The position numbers were made by a program, and so were the translations under genes. A DNA stretch of 63,576 bases, counting the filler, from Choristocarpus tenellus KU-1152 (lineage: Eukaryota > Protista > Phaeophyceae), in NCBI GenBank assembly GCA_964200185.2. It is 11 parts of 11 records of this genome, joined end to end, with 100 filler letters (N's around TTAATTAATTAA, not from the genome) between each part and the next. Parts side by side here need not be neighbours in the genome. Positions count along the whole stretch, not along the records: positions 41,481 to 47,786 come from CAXNAD020008426.1; positions 47,887 to 50,677 come from CAXNAD020024731.1; positions 50,778 to 54,670 come from CAXNAD020017312.1; positions 54,771 to 59,803 come from CAXNAD020012109.1; positions 59,904 to 63,576 come from CAXNAD020018588.1; 6 more parts are not named here. One strand, given 5' to 3'. Every line of letters starts with the position of its first letter. The stretch's first letter is position 1. The notes beneath the pieces were generated by a model. That model did not search any database. It was not told the DNA's origin and worked only from the letters and a program-made list of their open reading frames with translations. Positions 47,696 through 63,536 of this stretch are shown here, one piece after another.

Positions 47696-50600
47696 GTCAG
47701 ATGGATTTTGACCTCGTCCCCCCCTCCCTTCCCCACCTTCTACATGGCATGGTTCCCTCTGATCATGGCGCAAGGAGCCTGTGCAGNNNNNNNNNNNNNN
47801 NNNNNNNNNNNNNNNNNNNNNNNNNNNNNNTTAATTAATTAANNNNNNNNNNNNNNNNNNNNNNNNNNNNNNNNNNNNNNNNNNNNATATATATATAAAT
47901 CTCCCACAGTACCCCTTCTATGTGCATGTAGGTGAACATGGCACAAATTGATGGAGTCTTGTCCGGTCCGGGATTGAATCGACCGACAGTCTGTGGTGAC
48001 CTTGCTGACTTGGTGCACTGCACAGTATCACCAACCACAAACTCGTGGGCTGCAGTCCGCTGGAGGTTCCTCCAACCGTCTCCAGATGCACTCGTCTTTT
48101 GAGATGAGGGAGTGAGCACCCAGGACTCGCCAGTAGCGTTTTTGTCACCCTGCTTGGTCAGATAGAAATGGAACATGTACCACCAGATGATTGTGTTGGG
48201 AGGGAAGAGAGAGAGAGACTGATAAAGACAGGAAGGTACACTTGTAGGTCGTAGCAAACTCAGGTTGGGTACAACAGTTGGTTGCTTTCACAACATACCG
48301 CCATGAGCCATAGGTGGTGGACCTCTGATTGAGTGATGCATGGGTTGATCTACAGTCCATCTCCTTCAAGGCTATCAACAACACTTCAACATATGAAACA
48401 TTGGAAACAAGCCAACTAACTTGGTGTGTGGTGATGGTAGTCAATACCGCATGGGCCCTTTGTACTTTACTCAGCACATCCTGGATGACTTTCTCTTGGT
48501 CATACACGGTCTTGGGACCTCCATTCTTCCTCCTGCGTGTATCAGGGAGGGTGTGTGTGAGACAGGGATGTTCACACACATTTTGACTAATCAAAAGCTG
48601 GGAGAAGACGTTGATAGGCTCACAGGTCATGTTTCATAGGGAGTAGATCGTGAGGAGGAAATTGACAATGGCATCCTCATATAATGGTAGGTGGATGTTA
48701 TTCCACCAAACAGAGGGAAACGGCATACTTCATACGATGAGCAAGTCTACTTTGTGGGTAAAATGTAGTGGGGAGCTTGCGCAACGGAAATCAAAAGACG
48801 TGTACAAGTGAATACATGACCGCACTCACGTGATCTGGGGACGGACAGTCTCTTTGACGATCTTGAGCAGTGGCAGCACAATCGTCGTGATGGCATGGTC
48901 CTTCTCGGCTTTATCAGACCTCGTCATCATTTGCAGCTTGGCCTCTATTTTGGCGCATTGAAAGCTCACCAACCGGATACGTTCCGAGGCGTTTGGTGTT
49001 GATGCCATTGAATCAAGCATGTTACTCATGGCGCGAAGGAGCCACAAATGGATGGGTCTGTGGATGTCTTTTCGTGCTCTCCCCACAGTGCAACCTGAGG
49101 GGGCAACGGTGGTGTCGTCTGTCCTCCTCTCCTCCCCAGAATCTGGAGTAGTTGGGGATATTCCGACAGGAGACGGTTCTTGGCGATGAAGCGCCGAGAT
49201 TTGGACCTGTGTGTATGTTTTGGAGGAAATGGGATGGCCATATAGGGTGAAGGCAATGATATTGCAACGCCACAAGGGAGGTATCATCGAGAATGGTCGT
49301 AATACGAACATTTTGTGTCAGACCGATGGCAAAGAGAGAGAGAGAATATCAACGGGTAGTGGATAAACGATGGCAGCAGCCGAGAGGAGGGTGGTGGTAC
49401 CAACACCGCGCACAATCAAAGGCTTTGACCTACCCCATGGGTTGGCCCAACTGAGCCATTGGTAGTCGTTGCACCGTCGGATGACATCCTCGGGCGAAGA
49501 CAAGAAGGAGGAAGTTCGATGCTCGTCAAGGGAACAGGGGTCACGGACTTGACCATCGCCACCTTGGGATGATTAGAAGTGTTCATGTGCCGGACGAAAA
49601 CCGCCTTCGCGAGGCGAAGAACATGCCCCACCCAGACAAGGACGGAGCGCTTGATCCCCATTCCTGCGACTATTGTATTGAAGGCCAGCCTCAGAAGAAC
49701 CGTCTGGAGGAAAAGGAGGGCCGATGTGATGGGCCACAGTAGGAGAGGCATTTTCGTCCTCTAAAGAATGTGGATTGTGTACACGTGCTTGTTGCTTCAC
49801 TATTGCCAGAGGTGCACGGATCCGCGAGCGTATCGCAGGCGAGCTGGTGTATGTTGAGTGGTTGTGACAATGAAGTGGTGGAGAGTGGGGAGGTTCTTTC
49901 GAAACGCCAGTCGTTACACCACGGGGAATGGGAAATACAAAAAATATGGAGGTATGACGTATGCACGTTGTTGAGTTTGATCGAGTAAGGTCAGGTTGTA
50001 CGTATCCAATGGATTTTTGGTCAGAGGCAAATATCGTAGAGGGTTAGGGTTAGAGTTAGGAGGATTTGCTAACTGGGATTGGAAATTATCACAGCAAACT
50101 TGGTTGAATGGGCGGGTAACCTTGTGTTAGATTGGTCTTGACGCCCCTTTTATGTGATGTTCTTCCGGTATGCGTATTTCTGGGTTTTATCCTGGAGGAG
50201 AAGTGCCCCCGAGTCTGCCTTTTACCTGGATTGCAGGCAGATCCTCTGCAGAGAGTATGTTGGGGATAGAATATGTACCAGCGAAAACTGTAGAGCTGGG
50301 GAAAACAGCAGCAGAAAATTTCTGGCCAAGGACACCTTTTTGGTGTGCATGGAGGGAGGGGAGGGAGGTTGCGAATGAACGTATGAAAGCGGCATTTTGA
50401 CTGTGGATCGTGGAAGAGAGACCTATAGCCTGCCCGCTCTGATCGGCAATTGGGGCTGTACCTCTAGGTTTGTGTGCAAGGACAGATATCTGCTCCTTCG
50501 TTGTCCTTGAAGAAAATCCATGACCAGAGGCAAGTCCTTGAGTTCAGTGAGGTTGTACAGGTCACACAATCAGTACGATTTTTCCATCGTGAAGATATGC

Positions 50601-50777
50601 GAAAGAGGTGGAAACAAGCCGACAGGTTCTTCGAATGAAGGGGAGCGGGGAGACCCACAGGAGGAGAGGTCAAAGAGNNNNNNNNNNNNNNNNNNNNNNN
50701 NNNNNNNNNNNNNNNNNNNNNTTAATTAATTAANNNNNNNNNNNNNNNNNNNNNNNNNNNNNNNNNNNNNNNNNNNN

Positions 50778-50844
50778 CCCAGACCTCCTCTTTACACCCC
50801 CCACCCCCCACTCCCCACCCCCACCCCCCCAGATACTTTGACCC
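50778..50844. mobile_element. Related TIR end at contig start
   Basis: C-rich tract followed by CAGATACTTTGACCC, the same terminus as at 32573. Confidence 0.65.
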
Positions 50845-53800
50845 ATCTTGGGCTTTGTTTGTTTGAATCCACCGTTCATCTCGAAGTTACCACGAGCCGT
50901 GCGCGTCTGACCCACACCACATCATCTTGACTGGGCTAAATGGCAAAGGGTGGCACGGGTAAATGCATATGACTGCATGCATTATCCACATCAACGTACA
51001 GATATCCAAAAAAAGGGATTTGTTACTAACAACAAGAATAGTTTTAATAATATTTGTGTAATGGTAATAGTAATAATAATACCAATAGTAATTGAAGCTG
51101 TAGTAATAGTAATAGAAATAATAATGATACTAGTCGTAGTAGTAATAATCTCATGATATTAGCAAGTTTTAACCTGTAGCAACAATTAAGGTAGCCCAGA
51201 CTATCAGGGTACCTGCATATACTCCACTGTCCGATGAAGGCTGCTTTTCTCATCTTGTCTCTCAAAAATTACAATGATATCATCAGGGGGGACAAGAAGA
51301 AGCAGCACCAGATACATGACAACAACATCAACTAACACATTGTTTATTTTAATACTACATAGTATTAACTATTGCTAGACACAAAGCGGTGGGTACTCAT
51401 GAGAATAATCAGACCCCCCCCCTTCCCTTCTACCTCCAGTCCGACAATTTGCTGAACAATTTTGAGAGGATGGTTGGCTCCGAATGTGATCTGGTTGATT
51501 TATGGTGTCTTTGGACCGAAGTAGTATAGAATTCTCTGTTAGCATGAAGTAGGTTGTAACAGTATTTCTCCTTAGGAAGATTGCCTACCAATCCCACCTC
51601 CTGGTTCCTCATTGCTTGGGAACAATGAGTTCTAACAGAGGGGCAAATAGTGCCAGACTGCTAATCGACATTGGTCACCGAGGGCATTCAGAGTAAATCA
51701 AGCCAGATTCCCTGAAGGATACTCACCTTCCCCGTGTCTAGTACTGGGTGGAAAGAAGGAGATGCTATTTTCCCTAAGCAATGCCTCTGGATACCCCCAT
51801 CGAAATGTGAGGAGATGGCACAGCTCACCATCATGTGATTCAGGGTGCGATAATGACCCCAGTCAGTCATTTAGGTCGATATACTTGGGGGGTCTCTATA
51901 GTCGCATTATAGAAAGTACGCTCAATAATACAAACGATGGTCCGTCCCACACCAAGAAAGTGGTCCTTGTTTGATTAACAACCCTCGCTCATCTTTGCAC
52001 AAAAAAAAGGAAGCAAGAGTGATATTGCTATGTATCATAATATCTTCACACTTAACGTTAGTCTGACGGGTCACAAAACCATGGTCAAAAGGTGGTCAGA
52101 AGCAACATATAAAATGCAAAATTATTAAATATAAATGAGAAACGAAACTATATATGGTTGCGCCACGTGGAAGTGGGAACATCACCTCCAGAGGGATCAT
52201 AAAATCAGACATCAAGCCAAAACAAAGCAGGAAGTAGGTTGAGGGGAAAAATTGTCAGTGTCGGTAGGATTGGCAGATTAGTCGCCAACTGAGCCTCTGT
52301 ACGCTGTGAGTATGGAAGTTCTCCCCGATTGTTAACCAAAAATATTTTGGGACACCTTTATTTGGGTCTCCTTTCCTCCAGGAAAAAGGGCTTGATGGAG
52401 TGATATAAAGCTGTTTTCAACTTGTCTGTGCATAATATTCCCACATATATTACACAAATGCAACCCACCCTTCAACTGTGGGTCATGGTAACCATCAACC
52501 ACGCGGCCTGGCCCCTTTGCCTGTTGCCTATGAACTCACAACTCACCACTTATCCTTTCAATATGATGTAACGACCCTGGTTGGGTCCTGTCTGGTGGCC
52601 ACTCACTAATTGGTAACTCCAACTACCAACAGCTCCTCACTCCTGAGTGCCCCCAATTTCTGATGGCAAGCAGACAGAAAACCGCCGGCAGTGTGGTCGA
52701 CATCTCCTGTTCCAATTGGCGGAAATATCCGATTTGGTTAGAGGAAATACAAAAAAGAGCATAAATAAATAAAAGAAAGAAATAATCTCACCCAAGAATG
52801 CCAGACAAGAGAGTAGGGGATTCAATCCGCTAGCACCCAATACTTCCAAAAATTGTCATTATTTTGAGCGTCGCCAGATTCTATTTACTTCTAGTATACA
52901 TGTCAAACTTCAAGATTTCAGCTGGAAGACCGTCTGGGCCATCATGACCTTCCCGATTCCCATTGGTAGAGTGCTTCAGCCACTTCCACTATTGTTGGTG
53001 CATAAGAAAGTGTGAGGGGTCCCAGTCCTGGGGACCTGGTACATTTTCTATCAATAAAGTGTACCCGGTTCCTCCAGACCTGTAGTACAACAGTAAAATG
53101 GTAATTGGAAGAAGCAATACTCCTTAAGTAACTAGTTACAAGAAGCAAGAATTACAAACTGGTGCCAAAATAAAGAAGAGGCATCTATTGTTGCATTTTA
53201 AGGATGCGGACAGGTGTGCAAAGTTCGAATTTCTGAATGATGAAATTACTTAAATTATGTCGAAACTTTCCGAAGAAAAGAGAGATCAACGCTCTCAAGC
53301 CAATTTTAGCACTTCATCCATAGAAACAAGAGTGAATTGCGAAATATGGAAAAAAAGTAACTTACACTACAAAACGGCCAAAATCTGGAGATATCTCCTT
53401 TCCTGTCGCCCATGGAAGAAAAAAAGGAAAACGCAGTGAATTGCAAAAAGAAAACTGAGATGAAATTGAAAGTAGAGAGTAGAGAGAACTTAATATATTG
53501 TAGGATATAGTGCATCTACTAAGACAGCAAATATATTCCAATATAATACACCCTACTATGGCCCCCGACATATTCCGCATATAATAACATAAAATACAAA
53601 CACACGAACTCTTAACAAATATTATTTGCTCGCTATTGGTTTGAAATGTTTCTGCTACCTTCAACCTCCTTCCTAGTCCGTTGGGCCTCACCCACGGTCA
53701 GATGGTAGTGCACACCGAACTATTCTTCTACCCTAAGAACTATACTGTTGCACCAAAACTAATCATTGCACTGCCCCGTACGTGCCTTGAATTTTTCTCA

Positions 53801-54089
53801 CACATTGGGTTCAACCATCCCACCTCTCGTCGCTTTGCCTCCTCCCTCGAATCCGGTGCGTACTCCCTCACTCCACTATGAACCTTTATCACCAAGACGC
53901 ATATCTTTTCACATGTACCTTTCTATGCTTTCGCACAATATTATATATGGTGCAGGGGTACCTTCTCAATACACTTCCTATGTGGTCCATTACACAGATG
54001 GTTATCAGATAATGACCTGAGGTACATGATTATACAAAAAAAAAGTACTTCAAATAATAAGATGAAAGAAATGCTTTCAAGAGCATACG

Positions 54090-54601
54090 CCGCTCGGTAT
54101 TCATAAAAGCTCTCCCAGAGACTCTACCGGGACTCTTGCCCTACGTCTTTAAGGTGTATGGGGACACCCATGATCTTCTTTCCCCCCTGGATGAGGGAGG
54201 GATGAAGTTCCTGCCATCAAAAACGGGGGCACAACAAGGAGACTCCCTTGGGCCCCTCTTACATTGCAGGGTCACACATAAAGCCTTACAGCGGGTCCAG
54301 TCTTCCTTTGGACCCCAGGGGGTTTCCTCCTGAAGCTATCTGGATGACATGTCCATTTCCGCAAGGGAGATCGGCCCCAACACCATATAGCTGCTTTCGA
54401 GCAGTTAAAAAACGGACCTTCATGAGGTGGGCATTGCCCTGAATATGGACAAGACCTTTGCCGCACCTCTTCCAGGGCCACCAACCCACACCCTCAGAAC
54501 TGGAGGTTCCTTCTAAAGCAGGAATCAACCTAGCCCAGAACCCAAATGGGTTTGTTACACAGGGGGCTCCTGTGGGAACGGATGGATTCATCCAACCAAG
54601 C
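54090..54601 (+). mobile_element. Non-LTR retrotransposon RT remnant (CRE/SLACS-like)
   Basis: LPYVFKVYG...SKTGAQQGDSLGPLL...*SYLDD, with a stop and frameshifts. Confidence 0.75.
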
Positions 54602-54670
54602 GGCTCAAAGTATCTGGGAGGGGGTGGCGGCTGTCCATTTGGGGTCAATTGTTTCATATCGCGATTATTG
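54602..54670 (+). mobile_element. MITE family A, left part, interrupting an RT remnant at the contig end
   Basis: GGCTCAAAGTATCTGGGAGGGGGTGGCGGCTGTCCATTTGGGGTCAATT matches 24329 onward. Confidence 0.8.
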
Positions 54671-54770
54671 NNNNNNNNNNNNNNNNNNNNNNNNNNNNNN
54701 NNNNNNNNNNNNNNTTAATTAATTAANNNNNNNNNNNNNNNNNNNNNNNNNNNNNNNNNNNNNNNNNNNN

Positions 54771-54791
54771 CCCCCCCAGATACTTTGGGTC
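54771..54791. mobile_element. MITE family A, right TIR at contig start
   Basis: CCCCCCCAGATACTTTGGGTC. Confidence 0.7.
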
Positions 54792-57072
54792 TTATGAAAT
54801 TGATGGTGACACTCTTCTTCAGCCGGGAAGGAGTCACACAGGGACAACAGGTTTACTCTCCCACGTCCTTTATTTGGTTTTATAGTCATCATGCGTGTAT
54901 TCATGTTATATACAACATATATCATTTGGAGTAATCCCATCTTAGATGGTGGTATTTGTGAATAGTTAGGACTCCTGTGCCTGCCTCCTTGGACTGCAGT
55001 AGTAGAGTAGTGGTTGGTATTATAGTGTAAAAACTTCTTACTGTACTTTTAGCACTCTGGAGGGTGATTTGGCACTTATGCGAACGAAAATGTTGTCCTT
55101 GTCCTCTTCTATAGCCACGTTATCCTATTAGAGCTAGCCGTACTCCGGGCGTGGGAATTTGGGTGTCAAGCTGAAGAAGAAGATAACACATTTTCTAATT
55201 ACTCAGAAAGATCCTAAAATAGACCCCCTTCTAAGAAATGGGATCCAGCAAATCGATTGTGGAAATCGCCCTCGAAATATCCTCCCCAATCGTCAAAGAT
55301 GGCACAACTACTACAAACTGTACTGTTTCTCACAATACCTACTAGAATTAATATTCACTGTCGTTGTTGTAACTGTTGCTATAACTAATTGCTACGCCTC
55401 CATTCATGCATTGCTTCCTGGGCATTTTTGGGTTCAGTCATTCAACTTCTTGCCGATATGCCAACTCCTCCTCTTGAATCTTGAATATTATCGTATTGGA
55501 CATGCCTTGGCATCGTTAAACTCGAAGCCTTGGTGCCCTCGTTAGGGTTTCTTGCTTTTTTGCTTATTCTGTGATCTGGTGTAGTGGGACAGATAGGATA
55601 TAATCGTATGGCGGGGTGTACTATCTATCTATAGTCGTCTTGTCAGCTGTTTTTTTTTTGCAGATAATCAAAATCAGACTCTTCTAAAACTAAAATCTAT
55701 AGCGGGAGGGGTTCAAATAATCATGGGTGTTTTTTTTAGTAATAGTGTTTATTGACCCACCCAAGCAATGTCTACAACCTTGAGAAATTGATATCAGGAC
55801 GAGGAGAGAGTCGCATATACAACTAAGAAAGAGGAAGACTTCTGATATCATAGTTACGAGATCACATCACACACACAATTCACAAGCCTCTCACATGTTC
55901 CCTTCCAATATATATTATGACTCCCTTTTTTGAGGTTCCAATGAATAGTACGGAGAAAATAAATAGTAGGAAGAGACCTTTTTTCTTTTTGAAGGAGATC
56001 TCTAATATATTTGAAAATCTCTGTACTTCCATCTAGATTATATTTATTTTGCCCTCTCCCATCATAGTGCAGATGTACCGAGGAAAAACCAATGAAAACC
56101 AATTCAATATCATAAGAACTCCTGTAAAAGTAACAGTTGTCGTAATTGTGAGAGATACTTTTCTATTTAGTATTTGGCTACTACCTATCTATGCTACACC
56201 ACTCCCCTCCTATTATACCTCCAACCTAGGTTAGGCCTACACCACACGGTGAGGACCTAGGGAAGCATTCCAAGAATCTGACAGGCCCCTCCTTCCCCAT
56301 CTCCCTTGATATATATTATTAAATCTGACATTTTGCGCATGTATGTGCTAGGGGAAAAAACAGTGAAAGCCATTAAATGTCAGAATAACCCCTAAAGAAG
56401 GAGCAGTTGTCATCAATATAAAAGATATTCATAGATTGAAATAGGGAGTTTGAGGACTGGGATGACGTTATGCATTTGTTCTGGACTGTATAGTTCAATC
56501 TTTTTAAAATGTGGACTATGTTAGTATTTTCTTTCTTTCATTTACCCACTAAATTCTCTCTCACTAAACTCAAATTCCCCTCTTCTAAAAGTTTCACACA
56601 CATTCCTCAACCATCTATATATTTCTGTTTCCAACCGAAAAATATGTTTGGGAACACGAGAGATGAGAGATTTTATTCTCAAAGTTGATCGATTTTTTGA
56701 CATTTTTTTCCAGAATGTGCACAATCACACTTTAAAGAGACATTCCGACAATTTCCTATAGAAAACTACTTCACAACTTTTCAACATTGATGTGTTCCAA
56801 AGCAACTTTCAAACATGAAATAGTGAATATAATTGGATCAACAACCAACAGAAAGGTGAGGTAAGAATTTTATAGTGGGTGAATTGCAGTGTAAGTGGTT
56901 TGTGGCCCTTTCCCAAATTGCAGAACTCTATGTAAGAGATCGTACTACCCCTAAACCGACTAATGCACTCCTGAACTGTCAACGTTAAACAAACAACCCA
57001 ACAAGGAAGAGGGTGAAAAGAGAGTGACAAAATAACTTCCCTCGTAACCCTCGCCATAGCAGCAGGGTAGCC

Positions 57073-59424
<2,352 letters not shown>

Positions 59425-59431
<7 letters not shown>

Positions 59432-59803
59432 GTGATTAACTTTCAGACACTGCATATGTTGGTAATTTATTAGGTGATTAACTTTCAGACACTGCATATG
59501 TTGGTAATTTATTAGGTGATTAACTTTCAGACACTGCATATGTTGGTAATTTATTAGGTGATTAACTTTCAGACACTGCATATGTTGGTAATTTATTAGG
59601 TGATTAACTTTCAGACACTGCATATGTTGGTAATTTATTAGGTGATTAACTTTCAGACACTGCATATGTTGGTAATTTATTAGGTGATTAACTTTCAGAC
59701 ACTGCATATGTTGGTAATTTATTAGGTGATTAACTTTCAGACACTGCATATGTTGGTAATTTATTAGGTGATTAACTTTCAGACACTGCATATGTTGGTA
59801 ATT
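59425..59803 (+). repeat. 42-bp minisatellite, 9 identical copies, truncated by the spacer
   Basis: Unit TTATTAGGTGATTAACTTTCAGACACTGCATATGTTGGTAAT. Confidence 0.97.
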
Positions 59804-60409
59804 NNNNNNNNNNNNNNNNNNNNNNNNNNNNNNNNNNNNNNNNNNNNTTAATTAATTAANNNNNNNNNNNNNNNNNNNNNNNNNNNNNNNNNNNNNNNNN
59901 NNNGCTTCCACTTTATTCCCCTACCAGCAACGTACTGTATTGCTGTGTGGTCAAGTCTCAGGAAGAAAGGCACTTTTCACGAGAAATTTTTACACGCGCG
60001 CCAAACTCGCGTGAATATCTCCCCGTTTTTGTACCAAGTCGCCCGAATACGAGAATTCCGGTACAAAAGCCTATTTTTTGAGTATGTCGAAAAAAGCGGT
60101 ACAAATGGGCTTGGTACATAATATCTGGTATAAAATCGGTGTAGGTACTGTATTACTATTTTCTATACGGGATTATTCTCTTGTAGTATCCTTCATTAAT
60201 TTTCTTTCTCTCATCCTTTTATATTTTGCGGATTATAATTTTACTGTTCTATTCAAATTTCTTTCGTTCATTTTTGAAATAGTACACAACTGTCATGATA
60301 ATAATAATAATATTCTATGTCAAACTTGCACCTCCAACGGAGATATGAAACATGTGTTAGAGATGAGGATTGAAAGTTATGATACATCAAATTCTGACCA
60401 TCCTCAAAC

Positions 60410-63045
60410 ATGGTATCGTTTGTTAAACCTAGCGGATATACTGGAGAAAGCCTATCGCTGGCAGAAGAGGGTACGACACCTTTAGAGTTATGTGCAGCAT
60501 TTTCGAAGTGTGAGAATGAGGTCATGTCAAACCAGACAGGTAAGATCGCCAACATGGGAGTGGGTCCTCTCTTGCCTGGATTTACTTGTGGCAATCCCTC
60601 ACCAAACCGGAAGGACGGAACCGCGACAGTCTCTCACACTAACGAAGGCGAGGTAGAGGAAAGGGGAGAAGATCCCAGAACTGGCCACTTAAGTCTACCA
60701 AGAGTCCTCCTCCATGCCTCCTACAAAGAGGAACACTGGAGCGACGATACAGTCATTCCATCACCAGAGAGAGGTCAGCGCTTAAGACGCTCTATTGCCA
60801 AACCTACAGGTTACTGGTGGGATCGAGCCAGTGGGAGGGTTGTGAACAAATCCACCGAGACACAATTTACACACGAAAGTGGGAGTACCACCAAGGGTGG
60901 TCCCGCCCACAGGAATTTGGACATAGAGGCGTCGCAACCTAGACAACCCTCATCCAGGAGGCGCCGTCGCCTTAGTCGATCAGTATCTAAGCCCGCAGGG
61001 TACTGGCGAATTCATGCAAATGGGGGCGGTGAGACGGCATGCTTCCCTAAGCGTGACCGCCGAGGGGGAGCTTCTACTCCAGGAGTAGCAAGTGCATCCA
61101 ATGACCTTGCTGCAAAAGAGGATGGGAATGAGCCGAAAACGTCAGAGGGGGGCGTCATTGATGACACCTCGGACAGCAGTGATGAAGAGGATGGTACTGT
61201 GGGAACGGTATGCCCTTCAAAGTCCAACAGGGGACAGGTACGAGTGCAAATATTTTAGAGGGTACGAGTTTTTCCCTGTTAGTCCATTTGGGACTTGGCT
61301 TCCCATGATCTCTTTTTATGACATTTTCCTACTCCAAAATGTTTCGGAGTAGGTAAAATGTATACCTTATGAAAAGGTGTGTCCGGAACAAGGATATTGG
61401 CACTTCCTAACAGATATGATAGCCAAAATTACATCAAAATTGCAACATTGGAGTTTGAACCCCAAATGGACGCGGCTCTACCCTCTAAGATACTTTGGCT
61501 CGTATACAATTTAGTTGGAATTTGCAACAAGACCGACCTCACAAAATAATGAAAAGTGCTGCAGCACACTCAACCTTTATGTTCCTCGTAAGATTGAGAA
61601 CAAGCAAGTCTGACCATTGTTTTCTTACCACCTTTAGAATTGAGAATGGGACATTTATCATTTGTTATTCACTGACATTTTCCCAAGAAATCTTGTGCAG
61701 TGAGTAGTCAACTACTGGATGTACCACACCATGAAAACCCCATAATTGTGTGTGTATTGATGTACGGTAGAGGCCTGATACAGTTTCGAGTTGCGATAGA
61801 GGCAAGGGGAGCAAGCCTGGGGTCAACAAGCCTATTGCGAGGCCAAAAGTAGGACCCACTAGTACAAAATAAATTACAAGAGAGGTACGAAAAACATGTT
61901 TAGGGTGTGAACTGTTGAGAACAGAGTCCACCCTAGAGAGATATTTCTAATGGCTGGTAGGTAGTTCAAAGAGACCTGTTGCACCATCCAACAATTAATC
62001 ACACATCAAGGGTGGGGCAAGTTGATCTCTAAATGAATACCTGTTGCAGAAAGAGATGAGCTCAGCCACCGCCTTGGTTGAGACATTATATTTTGATATA
62101 GATCACCCAGTGCATTCTGAAGACTAGCATTCCATAGAGTGTGATGTAGGATGTTTAGTTCTCCGGCCCAGTGTACATGGCAATAGTGTCCCATCTTCCA
62201 TGTTTTCCACAGTTTGAAGTCTGGTACCCCACTTGCATTGTGTCTGAACTGAGTAACCTTTGCAGATAGTGGTTTGGTGCACAATGTAAGTACCTTTGCC
62301 ATGTGAAGTATCAGTGAGGACAGGAATCATGCTGGTTCTGAACTTCTTTGCTGTATCCAATGGAAAATGAATTTCCCAACATTTTCAGAGCATAGGGTTA
62401 GGGTTAACCCTAAGTATGTGTAAGAAAAGAACTTTCAAAGTGAGAAACAACCTCCTACTTATGTGTGCCTTAAACCTTTGTTTGTGTGTGTGTTGCACGG
62501 AGCAGAACAAGAATGAAGACAACCCAATGCAAGACATTGGGGGAACTTCAGGGAGCTCCAGCAAAAGTTCAGATGAGGTGGAACAAAATATTGTGGTGTG
62601 GGGGAATGATAGGACAGGGAAAGTAGAGGCAAGGCTTGGGCACAACCGCAGCACATGTTCAGGAAGTGACACAGGACCAGGTACCATTCCAGTACAAGCA
62701 TTGGATGCAAAGGAGGCACATGGGCAGAACTCAAGTGGGGATGGGAGGTGGAAACGCAGGAAGAAAAATGCTCCTGTGGATGATGTCTCCATGATGCAGT
62801 TCTTGAGCCGTGTTGACCGGTTGGATATTGCATACCATGGTGAGGTGTTGGATACCGATGCTCTTGCAAGAGTTGAGCACAGGCGTCTTGAATTCATACA
62901 GGGCAAGACTGCAGAGTACAAGGCCAAGATTGAGCTGTTTGCCATGATGAAGACTAGTGGTGCAATGACACATGAAGTTGCAGAGAAGGGAACCGAATTC
63001 ATGCAGAATCTTGCAAAGGATATGTTGTTTGTTCTACGCATGTAG
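60410..63045 (+). CDS. Orphan two-exon protein: long disordered region with repeated RSxxKPxGYW motifs, basic NLS-like patch and helical C-terminus
   Basis: Open exon 60410-61237 ends at CAG|GTACG (phase 0). Exon 62506-63045 follows a CAG acceptor in frame and ends at TAG. The true start is uncertain and the gene may be transposon-derived. Confidence 0.55.
61242..61501. mobile_element. Complete 260-bp non-autonomous TIR element (MITE family B, GAG...CTC termini)
   Basis: Termini GAGTGCAAATATTTTAGAGGGTA and TACCCTCTAAGATACTTTGGCTC. Flanks GTAC/GTAT form a 4-bp TSD with one mismatch. A second copy lies at 27711-27940. Confidence 0.8.
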
Positions 63046-63117
63046 ATAGTTGAACTTTGTACCTTGAGGGGGTGAGCAACAGCTCACTTGAGGTGGTTTT
63101 TTGGTGTACAGTGAATG

Positions 63118-63146
63118 GTGTGTGTGTGTGTGTGTGTGTGTGTGTA
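63118..63146 (+). repeat. (TG)n microsatellite
   Basis: Directly visible. Confidence 0.9.
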
Positions 63147-63536
63147 TTTACATTTGGTGTGTTGTCATGGATGATGGGTATGGTGACATGAGAAGAGGAC
63201 TCTGAGGGTTTGAGGTGAGAATGGTGTTTTGTTACATTGGTGTGGTTTGTGTGCCATGGGGAGCTTGGGGTTGGTCACCTACATCTGTGGTTATGTATGT
63301 AGTGGTAAATATTGTACTACAAGAAGTGGAAGTATTGAGTGGGGTGTATTTTACTTGTTGAAAATATTTGATCAAGGCAATTCTTGTTTCTGATCTTATC
63401 TCTGCTGTTTCTATGATACATTACGCACTTAGTTGTTTCAGTTGATGATTGCAGTTATGTTTTGTTGTGAGGGGGTGATTGTGGTGCAGTTCTGCGGTGA
63501 TTGGATGATAACCACAACAAGTCACAACGGTTCATT

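Noticed and set aside
54602-54791. One MITE spanning the gap, which would prove the two contigs are adjacent
   Set aside because: The flanks AAGC and TTAT are not a TSD and the RT remnant does not resume after the gap. These are probably different insertions.
62385-63041. 218-aa minus-strand ORF
   Set aside because: Antisense shadow of the plus-strand exon 62506-63045.
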